DNA from: Octopus bimaculoides
Taxonomy: Eukaryota
Length of the DNA stretch: 64,000 bases
Assembly (NCBI RefSeq): GCF_001194135.2
Contig: NC_068986.1
Span: forward strand, 42,044,512-42,108,511
Reading direction: 5' to 3'
Every line of letters begins with the position of its first letter. The first letter of the stretch is position 1. This document shows positions 52,324-61,530 of this stretch, piece after piece. The translations under genes and the position numbers were made by a program. The notes beneath the pieces were generated by a model. The model was not told the origin of the DNA, made no database searches, and saw only the letters and a program-made list of their open reading frames with translations.

Positions 52324-55300
52324 GGTCTCTGGGTGAGACTTGGATCCAACTTGTACAAATGCAAAACAAAAGTCAAACATAAAATAATAATAATAACTGA
52401 ATTAATCAAAATAGGCAGGAAAAATAAATATTCTTAACACGGCTCTCAATGAATTAATCAAAATAGACAGGAAAACAAGAAAAATAATGACAGCATCCAG
52501 GATGCAGCACCCAAAATCTGACACAGAAAAATTAGATATACCAAGTATCGAAGGTTGTAGAGGCCTTATACAGCTAGGAGACTATTACAAAATAACTGCC
52601 ATAGGACTACAGAAATACCTACTTCAGAAGCAAGGAAAACTAATACATATAACCACAAAACACGAACAAAACAAAAAAACTGTCTTCAGTCTCTAAGGAA
52701 ACTGACAAATACAAAAAAGAAGTCATAGTACCTAACAACCATGAAGAAAAAGAAGAATCCAAACTAAAACTGGAACAGCAACGGATCATGATAAAACGAT
52801 GGCAAGAAAAGCCCCTTCTTGGCAAATATTAAGTTAAACTAAACAGAAAGGAAATAGACAAAGCAAAGCCCAAACAATGGATGAGAAGCTCAAGAGACAG
52901 AACAGAAACTGAAAGATCTTTAATTGCAACATAAGATTAAAGCCTTACCAACAGAAATCCCCAAAATCACGCAATGAAAAGAAATACCTGTAACTACAGA
53001 ATATGTGGTGATGGAGCAGAAACAATACATCGTATTGTCTTCGGCTGCCCAATCCTGGCTAAGAAGGAATATATTCACAGACACTGGAAGCTATGACAAC
53101 ACTATGGAATAACAACAGAAACAAGAGAGTATAGACATAAGTCAGAAAAAGATCACAGAAAATGAGAAAGTGACCATAATCTGGGATATGTCAATACACA
53201 CAGATAGAGAAATTAAGGCCAATAAGCCGGATATAGTTATCAGAAATCACCAACATAACAAATACTTTCTAATCGATGCGTCAACACCAACAGATGACAA
53301 TGTTTGTCTAAAAGAAACGGAGAAATTTTCAAAATACAAAGATCTGGAAATAGAGGTAACTCGAATGTGGATCCTAAAAACAGAAGCAATTTCTATCATA
53401 GTAGGCGCATGAGGTATGATAAAAAATATATTCAGACAAATAGAAAACAAAAACATCAGGACTTACCAGTATATATAACATACAGAAAATAGTACTACTA
53501 GACACCGCGTACATTCTACGTAATACACTTTAAATACACTGAAAATAAGAGCGCTACAAACAAAAAATCTGCACATACCCAAGTCACACAGAGCTGCGAT
53601 CGGTTGTGCAGTGAAAGCGCGTGATAAAAATAAGACTACTGAATAATAATGATAATAATAATAATAATAATAATAATTATTATTATTAACAATGACAACA
53701 ACAACAACAATAATAATAATAATAATAACAACAACGGCAACAACAATAATAATAATAATAATAATAATTTCTATTATAAGCACAAGGCTTGGATTTTGTG
53801 GAGAGAGGGTCAGTCGATTACATCGACCCCAGTACTCAACTGCTACTTAATTTATCGACCCCGAAGGGATGAAAAGCAAAGTCGATCTTAGCAAAATGTA
53901 GACTTTGCAGGAAAGGAGATGAAAGTATCAATCACCTTTTGAGTGAATGCAGCATACAAGCACAAAATAAGTATAAGCGCAGACGTGACTGTGTAGGCAA
54001 AAGAGTGCATTGAGATGTTAACCGAGTGTGGGGCTTCCAAATAACAGAAAGAGATATGAACACAAGAGATATGAACACAAATCAGAAAGAAAATGAAAAT
54101 TACAAAATGTTGGACTTCCCCATAAAGGCTGACCATTCTATTTAAATAAGAAGGCCACAACTGATGATAGAGGGAAAAATAAACAAACTGTAAGATCATA
54201 GATTTTGTAATTCCCCATGATAGCCGTGTCGATAGAAAAGAAATTGAAAAAAAAAAAAAATTAGAAATTAGAAATATTAAGATCTAGCTTGATATAACTG
54301 AGGGGACTGCGGAAGACCAATACGACAATTATTCTTGTAGTAATTGGTGAAATTACTATGTCCTCAAATGCTTCCTAAAAGAAAGACTGAAAGAGATTGC
54401 TCCTTCACACAGACATACGTTCAAATACAAGTTGCAGAGGAACGATGCATGTACACGCGCGTACGTGTATTAGTGAGTGTGTTGTGTGTTATTTATTTTC
54501 ATCTTTTACAAATGTCTTTTATTTTTGCTTAATTCTATTTTTCAAATTATTTCACTCTTTCTTCCTTTTTCTTTTTAGGGTCGAGGTGTTTCACTGTTGG
54601 ACCTGGAAGACGATTTTGGTTTAAGACAGCATCATTCAAGTTCTTTTGTGAGTGGTCACAGCAACACTGATGATGAGGAGGATTATATGGATGAAGAGAA
54701 ACCGTAAATAGACTATTCTTTGCAATTGCTTTAGGATAAACAATTCACTGTTCAGCAATTCATCTTTTATCTTTTCTCATTTACTTCTATTAGACATTGG
54801 AGTGTGACTGTGTTGGGCACCGACTTGAAGGTTTTTACTCAAACGAATCAACCTCAGAACTTCTTTCTTTCTTTTTAAAGACTGGCATTTATTCTATCGG
54901 TCTCTTTCTCCGAACGCTAAGTAATGGGGTCGAAAACAAACCAAGACCAGTTGTTAAGCGGTGGATGACAAGCACAAACACAAATACACTCACGCACATA
55001 TTTATACACACACACACACACGCACACACGCACACACACACACACACTCACACACACATACAAACTCATACACACATACACACATACANNNNNNNNNNNN
55101 NNNNNNNNNNNNNNNNNNNNNNNNNNNNNNNNNNNNNNNNNNNNNNNNNNNNNNNNNNNNNNNNNNNNNNNNNNNNNNNNNNNNNNNNNNNNNNNNNNNN
55201 NNNNNNNNNNNNNNNNNNNNNNNNNNNNNNNNNNNNNNNNNNNNNNNNNNNNNNNNNNNNNNNNNNNNNNNNNNNNNNNNNNNNNNNNNNNNNNNNNNNN

Positions 55301-55689
55301 NNNNNNNNNNNNNNNNNNNNNNNNNNNNNNNNNNNNNNNNNNNNNNNNNNNNNNNNNNNNNNNNNNNNNNNNNNNNNNNNNNNNNNNNNNNNNNNNNNNN
55401 NNNNNNNNNNNNNNNNNNNNNNNNNNNNNNNNNNNNNNNNNNNNNNNNNNNNNNNNNNNNNNNNNNNNNNNNNNNNNNNNNNNNNNNNNNNNNNNNNNNN
55501 NNNNNNNNNNNNNNNNNNNNNNNNNNNNNNNNNNNNNNNNNNNNNNNNNNNNNNNNNNNNNNNNNNNNNNNNNNNNNNNNNNNNNNNNNNNNNNNNNNNN
55601 NNNNNNNNNNNNNNNNNNNNNNNNNNNNNNNNNNNNNNNNNNNNNNNNNNNNNNNNNNNNNNNNNNNNNNNNNNNNNNNNNNNNNNNNN

Positions 55690-55726
<37 letters not shown>

Positions 55727-57815
55727 GTATGTGTTTATGTGTTTGTCTCCCACCAACATAGCTTGACAACCGATGCTGGTGTGTTTACGTCCCCGTAACT
55801 TGGCGGTTCAGCAAAAGAGACCGATAGAATAAGTACTAGGCTTCCAAAGAATAAGTCTTGGGTTCGATTTGCTCGACTAAAGGCGGTGCTCCAGCATGGC
55901 CACAGTAAAAAGACTGAAACAAGTAAAAGAGTAAAAGAAAAAAGTGGAGAAATATAGTGTGAGAATAAAGCTTAAAAGCATGGAAATAGGTATATGTAGT
56001 GGAAATGAAATGTAAGAAGGCAGTTAAAGGTTGAATTTTATAGATTGGTAGAAATTACTTATAGGAACTAAAGGTATGTTTTTGCCAATGTTTACAACAA
56101 TAAACGCGATCTTTAAACGTATTTACAAGAGTATTCTCCAAGAAAAGGATGAGAAATTGTTCTTCGTTACGGAGCGGACAAAAAGATTTACCTTTGTTTT
56201 ATGAGAAGGATCTAGATAGAATTTTCCATTCTAAATTGAATTGTTTATTATGTTCCTTTAGAGACCAAATTAATTTACTAAGCCCAATATTGATTGATAT
56301 GTCTAAATCTAGAGTAATGGTTCGATATTCTTTTCGACAACTGAAATGATGAGCTACCCATGTAAAAAAAGACATCAGGACCGAAAGTAATTTTACATTG
56401 ATAAACAGAGTCTCTAGTCCTAGAATTATTGCTCAGGAAACGAATACGATTCGATTTTATATCAGAAATATTAATATTGTTGTTATTATTGTTCAAAGAA
56501 TGGTTAGCATTGATAATATCAATGTTATTATGTTCATTAAGTATATTTGTATTTAACAATTTATTGTTAAGCGAAGAGATGATTTGTGAAAGGTTTTTGG
56601 TGTTTGAAAATCCTATTCTAATTCGGTGTGAATTGATAATGGAATGGTATCTTGAATTTTTTGGAAAATTCTTATTCGAACTAAAATTTATATAGGTATT
56701 ACCGTTATGACTTGTTTTCATGTCTTGATCAATAGAGGCAGAATTAATGTCAATAGGGTTAATATGAGTAATTTTTTCTTTATAACCTGCTTTAAATAAG
56801 ATAGTCATAAAATTCGGCTTTAATGTTTAAGATATCAACATTAGCAAATAATCTAGAAAGTCTAAGTGAAATATTTCTAACTAAATTCCTTGTAATAACA
56901 TTTGCACGATTACTGAAAGAGCTAATATATTTTAAATTAGTTGAGTGTTTATGGTATGGAAATATGAATAATTATATAAGTTAAGGGTGATATCTAAAAA
57001 GTACCAGTCAAACACTAGCCGCTTTTTCAAAAAATTCAGCCCTTGTGCCTATAGTAGAAAAGATTATTATTTTAAAATCAGTGGATTGGTGGAATCGGTA
57101 AAATGTTTGACAACATGTCAAGACGTTTGTAGGTAATTTCGTTCCCTGTTGAAATCGTGTCTTGGTTAATATAGTCATTCATCCTTCCATAAAATATGTA
57201 TCAAGGTAAAACAGAAGTCAATATAATTATCCACGTACTCCGAAAATTTCCGACCATGTGCTTTGTTAGAAATCTATTTATTTTTTCTGTCTCTTTCAGT
57301 GAATGGGATTGTTTTGAAATGTTCCAAGAAGATCCAGAAAGGGGAGAGTTGCAACATTCGAACTTCATGGTCTACATCAAATTGTTTCTTTACCTTCTAT
57401 TCTTTCTTATAATACTCGCTTCCTCAGTAATACAGAAGCTGACATTACATATTATGACCAAACTTTATGCATATGAGGTTTGTATATTACAGTTATGGAA
57501 AAGTTTCTTTTCTTTTAGGTATTAAGCATTCCACGTGCAACTTATTTCAAACAATTTCCGCCATTTGCTTTCTATCTCCATTGTTAGCATTTTCGCAGTG
57601 CCTCATATGCTGCAAAACTCGGATGCATTTTAGCTGAATTACTATCTTTTAGCTCTTTTTCGTTTACTTGTTTCAATCATTGGACTGCGGCCATGTTAGG
57701 GCACTGCTTTGAAGGCGTTAATCGAACAGACAAAACAGAAAGAAACGCTTACATAATTATACACATATATATGATGTGATGTGATGCAATGTATGTGTGT
57801 GTTTGTATGTGTGTG

Positions 57816-57850
<35 letters not shown>

Positions 57851-57860
57851 GCGTGTTGTG

Positions 57861-57893
<33 letters not shown>

Positions 57894-58580
57894 ATGAGTG
57901 TACGTGCGTGCGCGCATACAACGGGCTTCTTTCAGTTTCCGTCTACGAAATCCACTACGAAATCACAAGGCTTTGTTCGGTTCAGGGCTATAGTAGAAGA
58001 TATCTGCCCAAGGTGCCTTGAAGTAGAACTGAACCCGGCGCCATGTGGTTGAGAAGCAAACTTCACAAAATATTGAGTTAAGTAAATAGTGAAAGCATGA
58101 GAACAAAACACATTCACAAAATTATGGATTTCCAGGTAGAAAACAAAAATGAAATACTCTCCTGAATAAAACCACGAATACGGTACTCAACAGACAAGTA
58201 ACTGGTGAAATAAGACACTTAATGTTTGATAACATCAGCAGCCAGGAATTACATAAATAAAGTGAACATCTAAAAAAAACAAGACAGATCTAACAGCTAG
58301 AATTCATTTGGTAAAACAGTGACAATAGGAATTGAGCATAACTTTTTTCAACAAATCTTCATAGTGAATAAATATGAATCTGGATACATAGAGTAACTTT
58401 TATTATATTTTCATAGTTTTCTTTTTCTCTCAGTCGAACGAATCGACTCCAGTACTTAGTATTTTAAGCCTGGTAGTCAAATTATTGACCTCTATTGCTG
58501 AACTGCTACGTCACGATGACGTAAACACACCAATACCGGTTATCAAGCAGTGGTGGTGGGACAAAAATGCGGACACAAAG

Positions 58581-58613
<33 letters not shown>

Positions 58614-61530
58614 AGACTTTCAGTTTCCAAATCTACACGCAAGGCTCTGGTCAGTCTGAGGTTATAGTTGATGACACTTATCCAAAGTTCCACTCCGTGG
58701 AACTAAACTTAGAACCATGCTATTGTGAAGTAAGCTTCTTACCATGGAGCCACGTGAACAAAAATATAATTAACCTTGTAAAACTTGACGAAATATTCTT
58801 AAGAATACTTTATTGTCATGTTATTTATACTAACAAGTATACTAACATGCTTCTATGTAATCGCTCGATTTGCTTGAAATAACAACTAAACCTTTTAATC
58901 ACATATCTATGTAAAACGGGAAGTTCATATCGAAAAATGTAATTCTAGATATACTAAAGAAGAGTACGTGATGATCACGGTTGGAATGCATCTGTGCATA
59001 AGTTTTTTCGCTCAAGATTGATCAATAACAATGAAATATACATACGAACACACACACGCGCGCGCGCATGTAGGATAGTGAGGGTGGCAGTTAAGATAGA
59101 AGAAAAAAACAATAGGCAGTTCCTTATCTTTTATCTTTTACTTGTTTCAATCACTGGACTGCAGTGAAAATTTTTTATTTATCTAATTCGATATGTGTGG
59201 TGAGATAGCAGAACCGTTAGGGTGGAAAAACAAGCAAACAATACTTTGCATAATTTTTGTTGTTGATGATTTTTACGTTCTGGTTTCAAATCTCGTTGAA
59301 GTCAATTTTCCCTCTCATCTTTTCGGGGTCGATAAAATATAATGCCAGTCAAATACTAGAGTTGTTGGTATCGACTAATCCCCTTTCCTCAAATATTTAT
59401 GACTTTGTGCCTAAATCAGAAGCACTGACTTAATTCAATTAACTAGCTTATTACATATAAAGTTACCTATTAGTTTGGTAAAATCAATGATTTGCGCGTA
59501 TTTTTTAAAAAGAATTTTCTGGTTTTGAGAATCAAATGTGTTGGAGTTGACGTAGTTAATAAATTTCAAAAATTAAACCTTTTATGCTTTTAATCTCACA
59601 CCACTCCTTAATCTTGCTAACATCACATAGTTATTCAAATCTCTAAATGAAGTTATTCCTGAAAAGGCTCTGATAACATCTTCTCGAAAGAAAGAAGGAA
59701 AACTAAGAAAAATGTTATATAAACCTATGCTTAAATCTTTCTAAAACCATCGCGTATCCCCTCAAGTAAGTATCAGTAATATTACTCACTACGATCGAAA
59801 TTTCTCAATGCACAAGAGAATTAAGAATCCATAAAATGACAACGTAATGGTTTAGTTTCTAATGTCACTATGTCATACATTAAAATTTAGATACTATCAT
59901 TAACACTTTTATAATTAATTATATATCTTATTTTTAAATATATGAAATGTAAACTTTGTTTCTATTGACAGAGTGGAGAAGACAACACAGGGTTTACGTT
60001 ACTTTCAATTGCAATTTGCATACCATATGGAATTGGTTTCCTCTTTTCCATTCACAAATTTGCTTTCAATTCTGAGAAAAGATCTACATTTTCAGTCATA
60101 ATGATGGTATGTATATTTATTTTGAACAGAATTAAATAATGATAATGCATTTTATCATAAGCTATATTTTAATATCGCCTTTAATACTTGTTTGTCTTGA
60201 GATCTACAGTTATGTATAGGAAATCTCCCCTTGTTGAATTGGCAGTAACAATTATAGTGAAACCGAATTATCTAAGATGTTTGTAAGATTCTTCCTGAAC
60301 TTATCTATAACAGACCGTCTATATGACTTAATACTGCCGGGGCATTATCCTTGTACAGGATGTGCACGATTTTTAGGGTATCCATGATAAATTACTCGAT
60401 GAGATCTCAAACACCAGTCCAATCGTAACACCCCATGGATACATTGAATGATGGGGTGTCTTGTTTTTTCACCCATTGTATTTAAGCAGTGTGACTTTCT
60501 TGCGTTCATAACTATTCTGATATCGAAGTCACTAATTCTGGTAAATTGTCTATTGAAGTTTAGGACTTTAAATCGGATAAAAGAAAAAAAAACTCGAAAA
60601 CTTCAAAGCTGCTCTGATAAACACCATCAAAATGGTACGAGTTCTGTAATGCTGTCGTCGCCATCGCCACTGAAGTCATTCCTCCGTGCATGATCATGAT
60701 CATCCTCATTTTTTCATTCAACATATGGAAACACTGATGGTAGTTTCTCGTGGTCCGAGAAAGATGGTCCTGCTTAAATGATTTTTTTCCCGTGATCAAA
60801 TTCATGTACATTAGCTCGCACCTTCCATCAAATCAATGTTGCCTGGACAGGTGCACGGTGTACCATATGTCAGGTGTGGAAGTGATCGCAGAACGACATG
60901 AAATGAAATGTTTTATTCAAGAAAACAAAACAGTACAAACCACCCAGTCCAGGTACTGAAACCACGACCTTGCAATCACGAGTGCAATACCTAAACCACT
61001 AGGCCATGTGCTTTCGATGTGTATGTAAATATATTAAGAAAAAGAGTAATTGGTTGTGTTTTCTTGTATAGTCACAAACTATTAATTTGAATCTTTCTTT
61101 GATTTGGCAATATGCAATAGCTAAACATTTTGCAAATCATTGTATTCTTAAAAATCCATATTAATATATAAAATCCAAATTCTATGGATAAATATTTACC
61201 TGTGAAGCTGAAATTTTGCTTGGGATATGATTTTTAAAAGAGACTAAAGTAGTAATGGCGATACAATCTTGGTTCTTATAAGTAAAATAAAACTAATATT
61301 GCTTTCAGTTTATTTCTTGAAAACGAATAATTCTTGAACTTATTGTATCCTATTTTGATGCATATCCTTATTACAGGCTCTCCTGCCAGAGACGTTTCAT
61401 TCCGTCGGACTTTGTGTATTCATTTTCCATATATCCTCAAAACTGCATATTTTGTCCCAAATTGTATTGCTAAATAGTATAGGAATAATACCAAGCCTAT
61501 CCAAACTGTTATTCACTAAACACAACAAAG
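19172..61530 (+). CDS. Multi-exon gene (partial at both ends): myosin motor domain fused to the N-terminal membrane domain of a chitin synthase
   Basis: 21 exons with AG acceptors and GT donors, except exon 17 whose donor lies in a gap. Phases match at all visible junctions and give one open frame with myosin motifs in the correct order, then WDCF plus hydrophobic segments resembling metazoan chitin synthase domain A. The catalytic GT2 motifs (EDR, QRRRW) are not in the window. Confidence 0.85.
19420..19745 (-). mobile_element. hAT transposase C-terminal dimerisation-domain remnant
   Basis: SWVVDPF...LLELQSN...SHFW...[21 protein letters not shown]. Confidence 0.8.
20320..21025 (+). mobile_element. 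Internally deleted Tc1/mariner element with both TIRs and TA flanks
   Basis: TIRs cagggtccgccataagtaactatat and atatagttacttttggcggaccctg, both flanked by TA; QQDGAPAH...[10 protein letters not shown], frameshift, [10 protein letters not shown]. Confidence 0.92.
21380..21560 (+). promoter_or_regulatory. Pol II core-promoter-like cassette inside a CpG-rich intronic insert
   Basis: GATTGG 21391, CCAAT 21453, CACGTG 21477, TATAAAT 21524, initiator-like CAGTT at 21550. Confidence 0.45.
22938..23165 (+). CDS. Exon 2, P-loop: HLEKYH...[15 protein letters not shown]...[16 protein letters not shown]...EEKVNK
   Basis: ttttcag/gtaag, 76 codons, canonical GESGAGKT. Confidence 0.97.
23863..23977 (+). 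CDS. Exon 3, switch I: [38 protein letters not shown]
   Basis: tgtag/gtagga, phase 0/1; LESFGNAKT and NSSRFGK motifs. Confidence 0.97.
24400..24700 (-). mobile_element. Probable Penelope-like terminal repeat fragment with hammerhead-like motif
   Basis: Minus strand reads TGACGA-AGAG-ccatg-TTC-GAAAC-GTC at plus coordinates 24530-24556. Confidence 0.45.
25654..25789 (+). CDS. Exon 4: [44 protein letters not shown]
   Basis: tgtag/gtaag, phase 1/2; YxLEKSR and NFHIFY motifs. Confidence 0.96.
27287..27374 (+). CDS. Exon 5: [29 protein letters not shown]
   Basis: ttctcaacag/gtgaaa, phase 2/0, bridges exons 4 and 6; sequence similarity is weak. Confidence 0.8.
27397..27770. mobile_element. Foldback/MITE-like element with roughly 115-bp inverted arms (27475-27590 and 27657-27770)
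   Basis: Arms are reverse complements with scattered mismatches; related to 28987-29313. Confidence 0.8.
28753..28864 (+). CDS. Exon 6: [37 protein letters not shown]
   Basis: tgtttag/gtattg, phase 0/1; LAAILHL.xIxF motif. Confidence 0.93.
28987..29313. mobile_element. Foldback element with 130-bp arms, 13-nt loop and 15-bp flanking direct repeat
   Basis: Arms 28982-29111 and 29125-29253; tttgcataatcaatt at 28972-28986 and 29314-29328. Confidence 0.8.
30013..32204 (+). mobile_element. R4/Dong-like RLE retrotransposon derivative with N-terminal and C-terminal ORF parts but no RT, ending in (TAA)n
   Basis: N-terminal [21 protein letters not shown]; C-terminal [28 protein letters not shown]...[23 protein letters not shown]; TAA repeats at both sides. 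Confidence 0.82.
32846..32917 (+). CDS. Exon 7: [23 protein letters not shown]
   Basis: cgttttag/gttag, phase 1/1; AxLLGxxxxEL motif. Confidence 0.9.
33734..33866 (+). CDS. Exon 8: [43 protein letters not shown]
   Basis: ctttctag/gtaaaa, phase 1/2; RDAxAKxLYxRLFxWI motif. Confidence 0.96.
35126..35472 (+). mobile_element. Composite SINE-like insertion: inverted 5' segment, tRNA-like head, (TAA/CAA)n and hammerhead-like tail, flanked by a 13-bp TSD
   Basis: A-box TGGCGTAGTGG at about 35181; ctagaacgtagat at 35113-35125 and 35473-35485; 35126-35178 is inverted relative to about 35388-35445. Confidence 0.75.
35586..35817 (+). CDS. Exon 9, switch II and relay: ...[38 protein letters not shown]...EILNMFEK
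   Basis: tttgcag/gtaagt, phase 2/0; DxxGFE and NSFEQxxINxxNEKLQ motifs. Confidence 0.97.
37620..38400 (-). mobile_element. Fragment of the same L1/Tx1-like family as 9650-14470
   Basis: [21 protein letters not shown] aligns to 13380-13440; retains a decayed catalytic segment [10 protein letters not shown]. Confidence 0.85.
38823..38981 (+). CDS. Exon 10: [30 protein letters not shown]...FAIQHFAGK
   Basis: cattag/gtaacg, phase 0/0; LxLIDE..xFP and FxIxHxAG motifs. Confidence 0.95.
39177..39362. repeat. Perfect 186-bp palindrome with no spacer
   Basis: Two 93-bp arms, exact reverse complements, centred at tgt|aca (39269/39270). Confidence 0.93.
40440..40660 (+). mobile_element. Decayed LINE reverse-transcriptase fragment
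   Basis: SGVPQ, frameshift, [10 protein letters not shown]...THFFVDDT, resembling GVPQGSxLxPxLFxLYINDL...FADD. Confidence 0.6.
41133..41275 (+). CDS. Exon 11: [47 protein letters not shown]
   Basis: ttgcag/gtgagt, phase 0/2; VxY...FLxKNRD motif. Confidence 0.95.
41724..41822 (+). CDS. Exon 12, loop-2 region: [32 protein letters not shown]
   Basis: cgttttcag/gtaagt, phase 2/2, open in the required frame. Confidence 0.75.
42014..42062 (+). CDS. Exon 13: [16 protein letters not shown]
   Basis: ggtcag/gtattt, phase 2/0; matches the myosin-III-like KxxTVxSYFR segment. Confidence 0.8.
43631..43686 (+). CDS. Exon 14: [18 protein letters not shown](R)
   Basis: gttccag/gtaaaa, phase 0/2; SLxxLxxxLxxxxxHFIR motif. 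Confidence 0.88.
43983..44380 (+). mobile_element. tRNA-derived SINE with internal (TG)n; related copies at about 24040-24390 (-), 42581-42975 (+), 55740-55935 (+), 57655-58060 (-) and 58440-58720
   Basis: Shared blocks ggcgtggctg...ggtaagaagct...ggcaccttg...gaccaaagc and cgtccccgtaactt...gagaccgatagaataagta...ctgaaaca. Confidence 0.75.
45312..45461 (+). CDS. Exon 15, SH2/SH1 region: [49 protein letters not shown]
   Basis: ttttatag/gtaatt, phase 2/2; RCIxPN, QL..xG and GYPxR motifs. Confidence 0.95.
46320..46431 (+). CDS. Exon 16, converter: [37 protein letters not shown]
   Basis: accccag/gtaagt, phase 2/0; YxLGKxx followed by the IF that opens the next exon. Confidence 0.92.
47699..47949 (+). 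CDS. Exon 17 (3' end in gap): [30 protein letters not shown] followed by 22-aa repeats
   Basis: ttttgcag acceptor, phase 0; IFMK completes the myosin GKTKxF motif; open frame runs into the N-gap at 47950. Confidence 0.88.
47789..47949 (+). repeat. Coding 66-bp tandem repeat ([22 protein letters not shown]), at least 2.4 identical units
   Basis: Units start at 47789, 47855 and 47921; the array is truncated by the N-gap. Confidence 0.95.
49028..49197. repeat. Imperfect hairpin/foldback with arms of about 77 bp and a 13-nt loop
   Basis: tgtattgccaaatttggaagagg...catt is the reverse complement of aatg...cctcttccaaatttggcaataca. Confidence 0.85.
51785..53640 (+). mobile_element. Two tandem 5'-truncated R4/Dong-like RLE retroelement copies (about 51785-52320 and 52395-53640) with (TAA)n tails; a further RLE fragment at about 53897-54360
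   Basis: [10 protein letters not shown]...HPKSD; [22 protein letters not shown]...LIDASTP; 3' end shared with 32205-32333; [18 protein letters not shown] in the last fragment. Confidence 0.85.
54579..54703 (+). CDS. Exon 18, acidic linker: [41 protein letters not shown](P)
   Basis: long polypyrimidine tract with tag acceptor, gtaaat donor; ends in phase 2, matching the next exon. Confidence 0.78.
55990..56850 (-). mobile_element. Penelope-like element C-terminal region with GIY-YIG domain (decayed)
   Basis: [14 protein letters not shown]...[21 protein letters not shown] and VYQCKIT...[23 protein letters not shown]. Confidence 0.8.
57300..57477 (+). CDS. Exon 19, start of chitin-synthase-like membrane domain: [59 protein letters not shown]
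   Basis: ctctttcag/gtttgt, phase 2/0; WDxF followed by K..xYL..F..IL.S.V..K..L..MT, a pattern recalled from animal chitin synthase N-termini. Confidence 0.85.
59972..60106 (+). CDS. Exon 20: [45 protein letters not shown]
   Basis: ttgacag/gtatgt, phase 0/0; hydrophobic helix with IP...F..S....F...K pattern as in chitin synthase domain A. Confidence 0.82.
61377..61530 (+). CDS. Exon 21: [51 protein letters not shown]
   Basis: ttattacag/gtaacg, phase 0/1; ETxHxxGL..F.F.....L......L.N.....P pattern of chitin synthase domain A. Confidence 0.85.

Noticed and set aside
56278-56808. 176-aa Asn-rich minus-strand ORF as a host gene
   Set aside because: Explained as a decayed Penelope-like C-terminal and GIY-YIG region.
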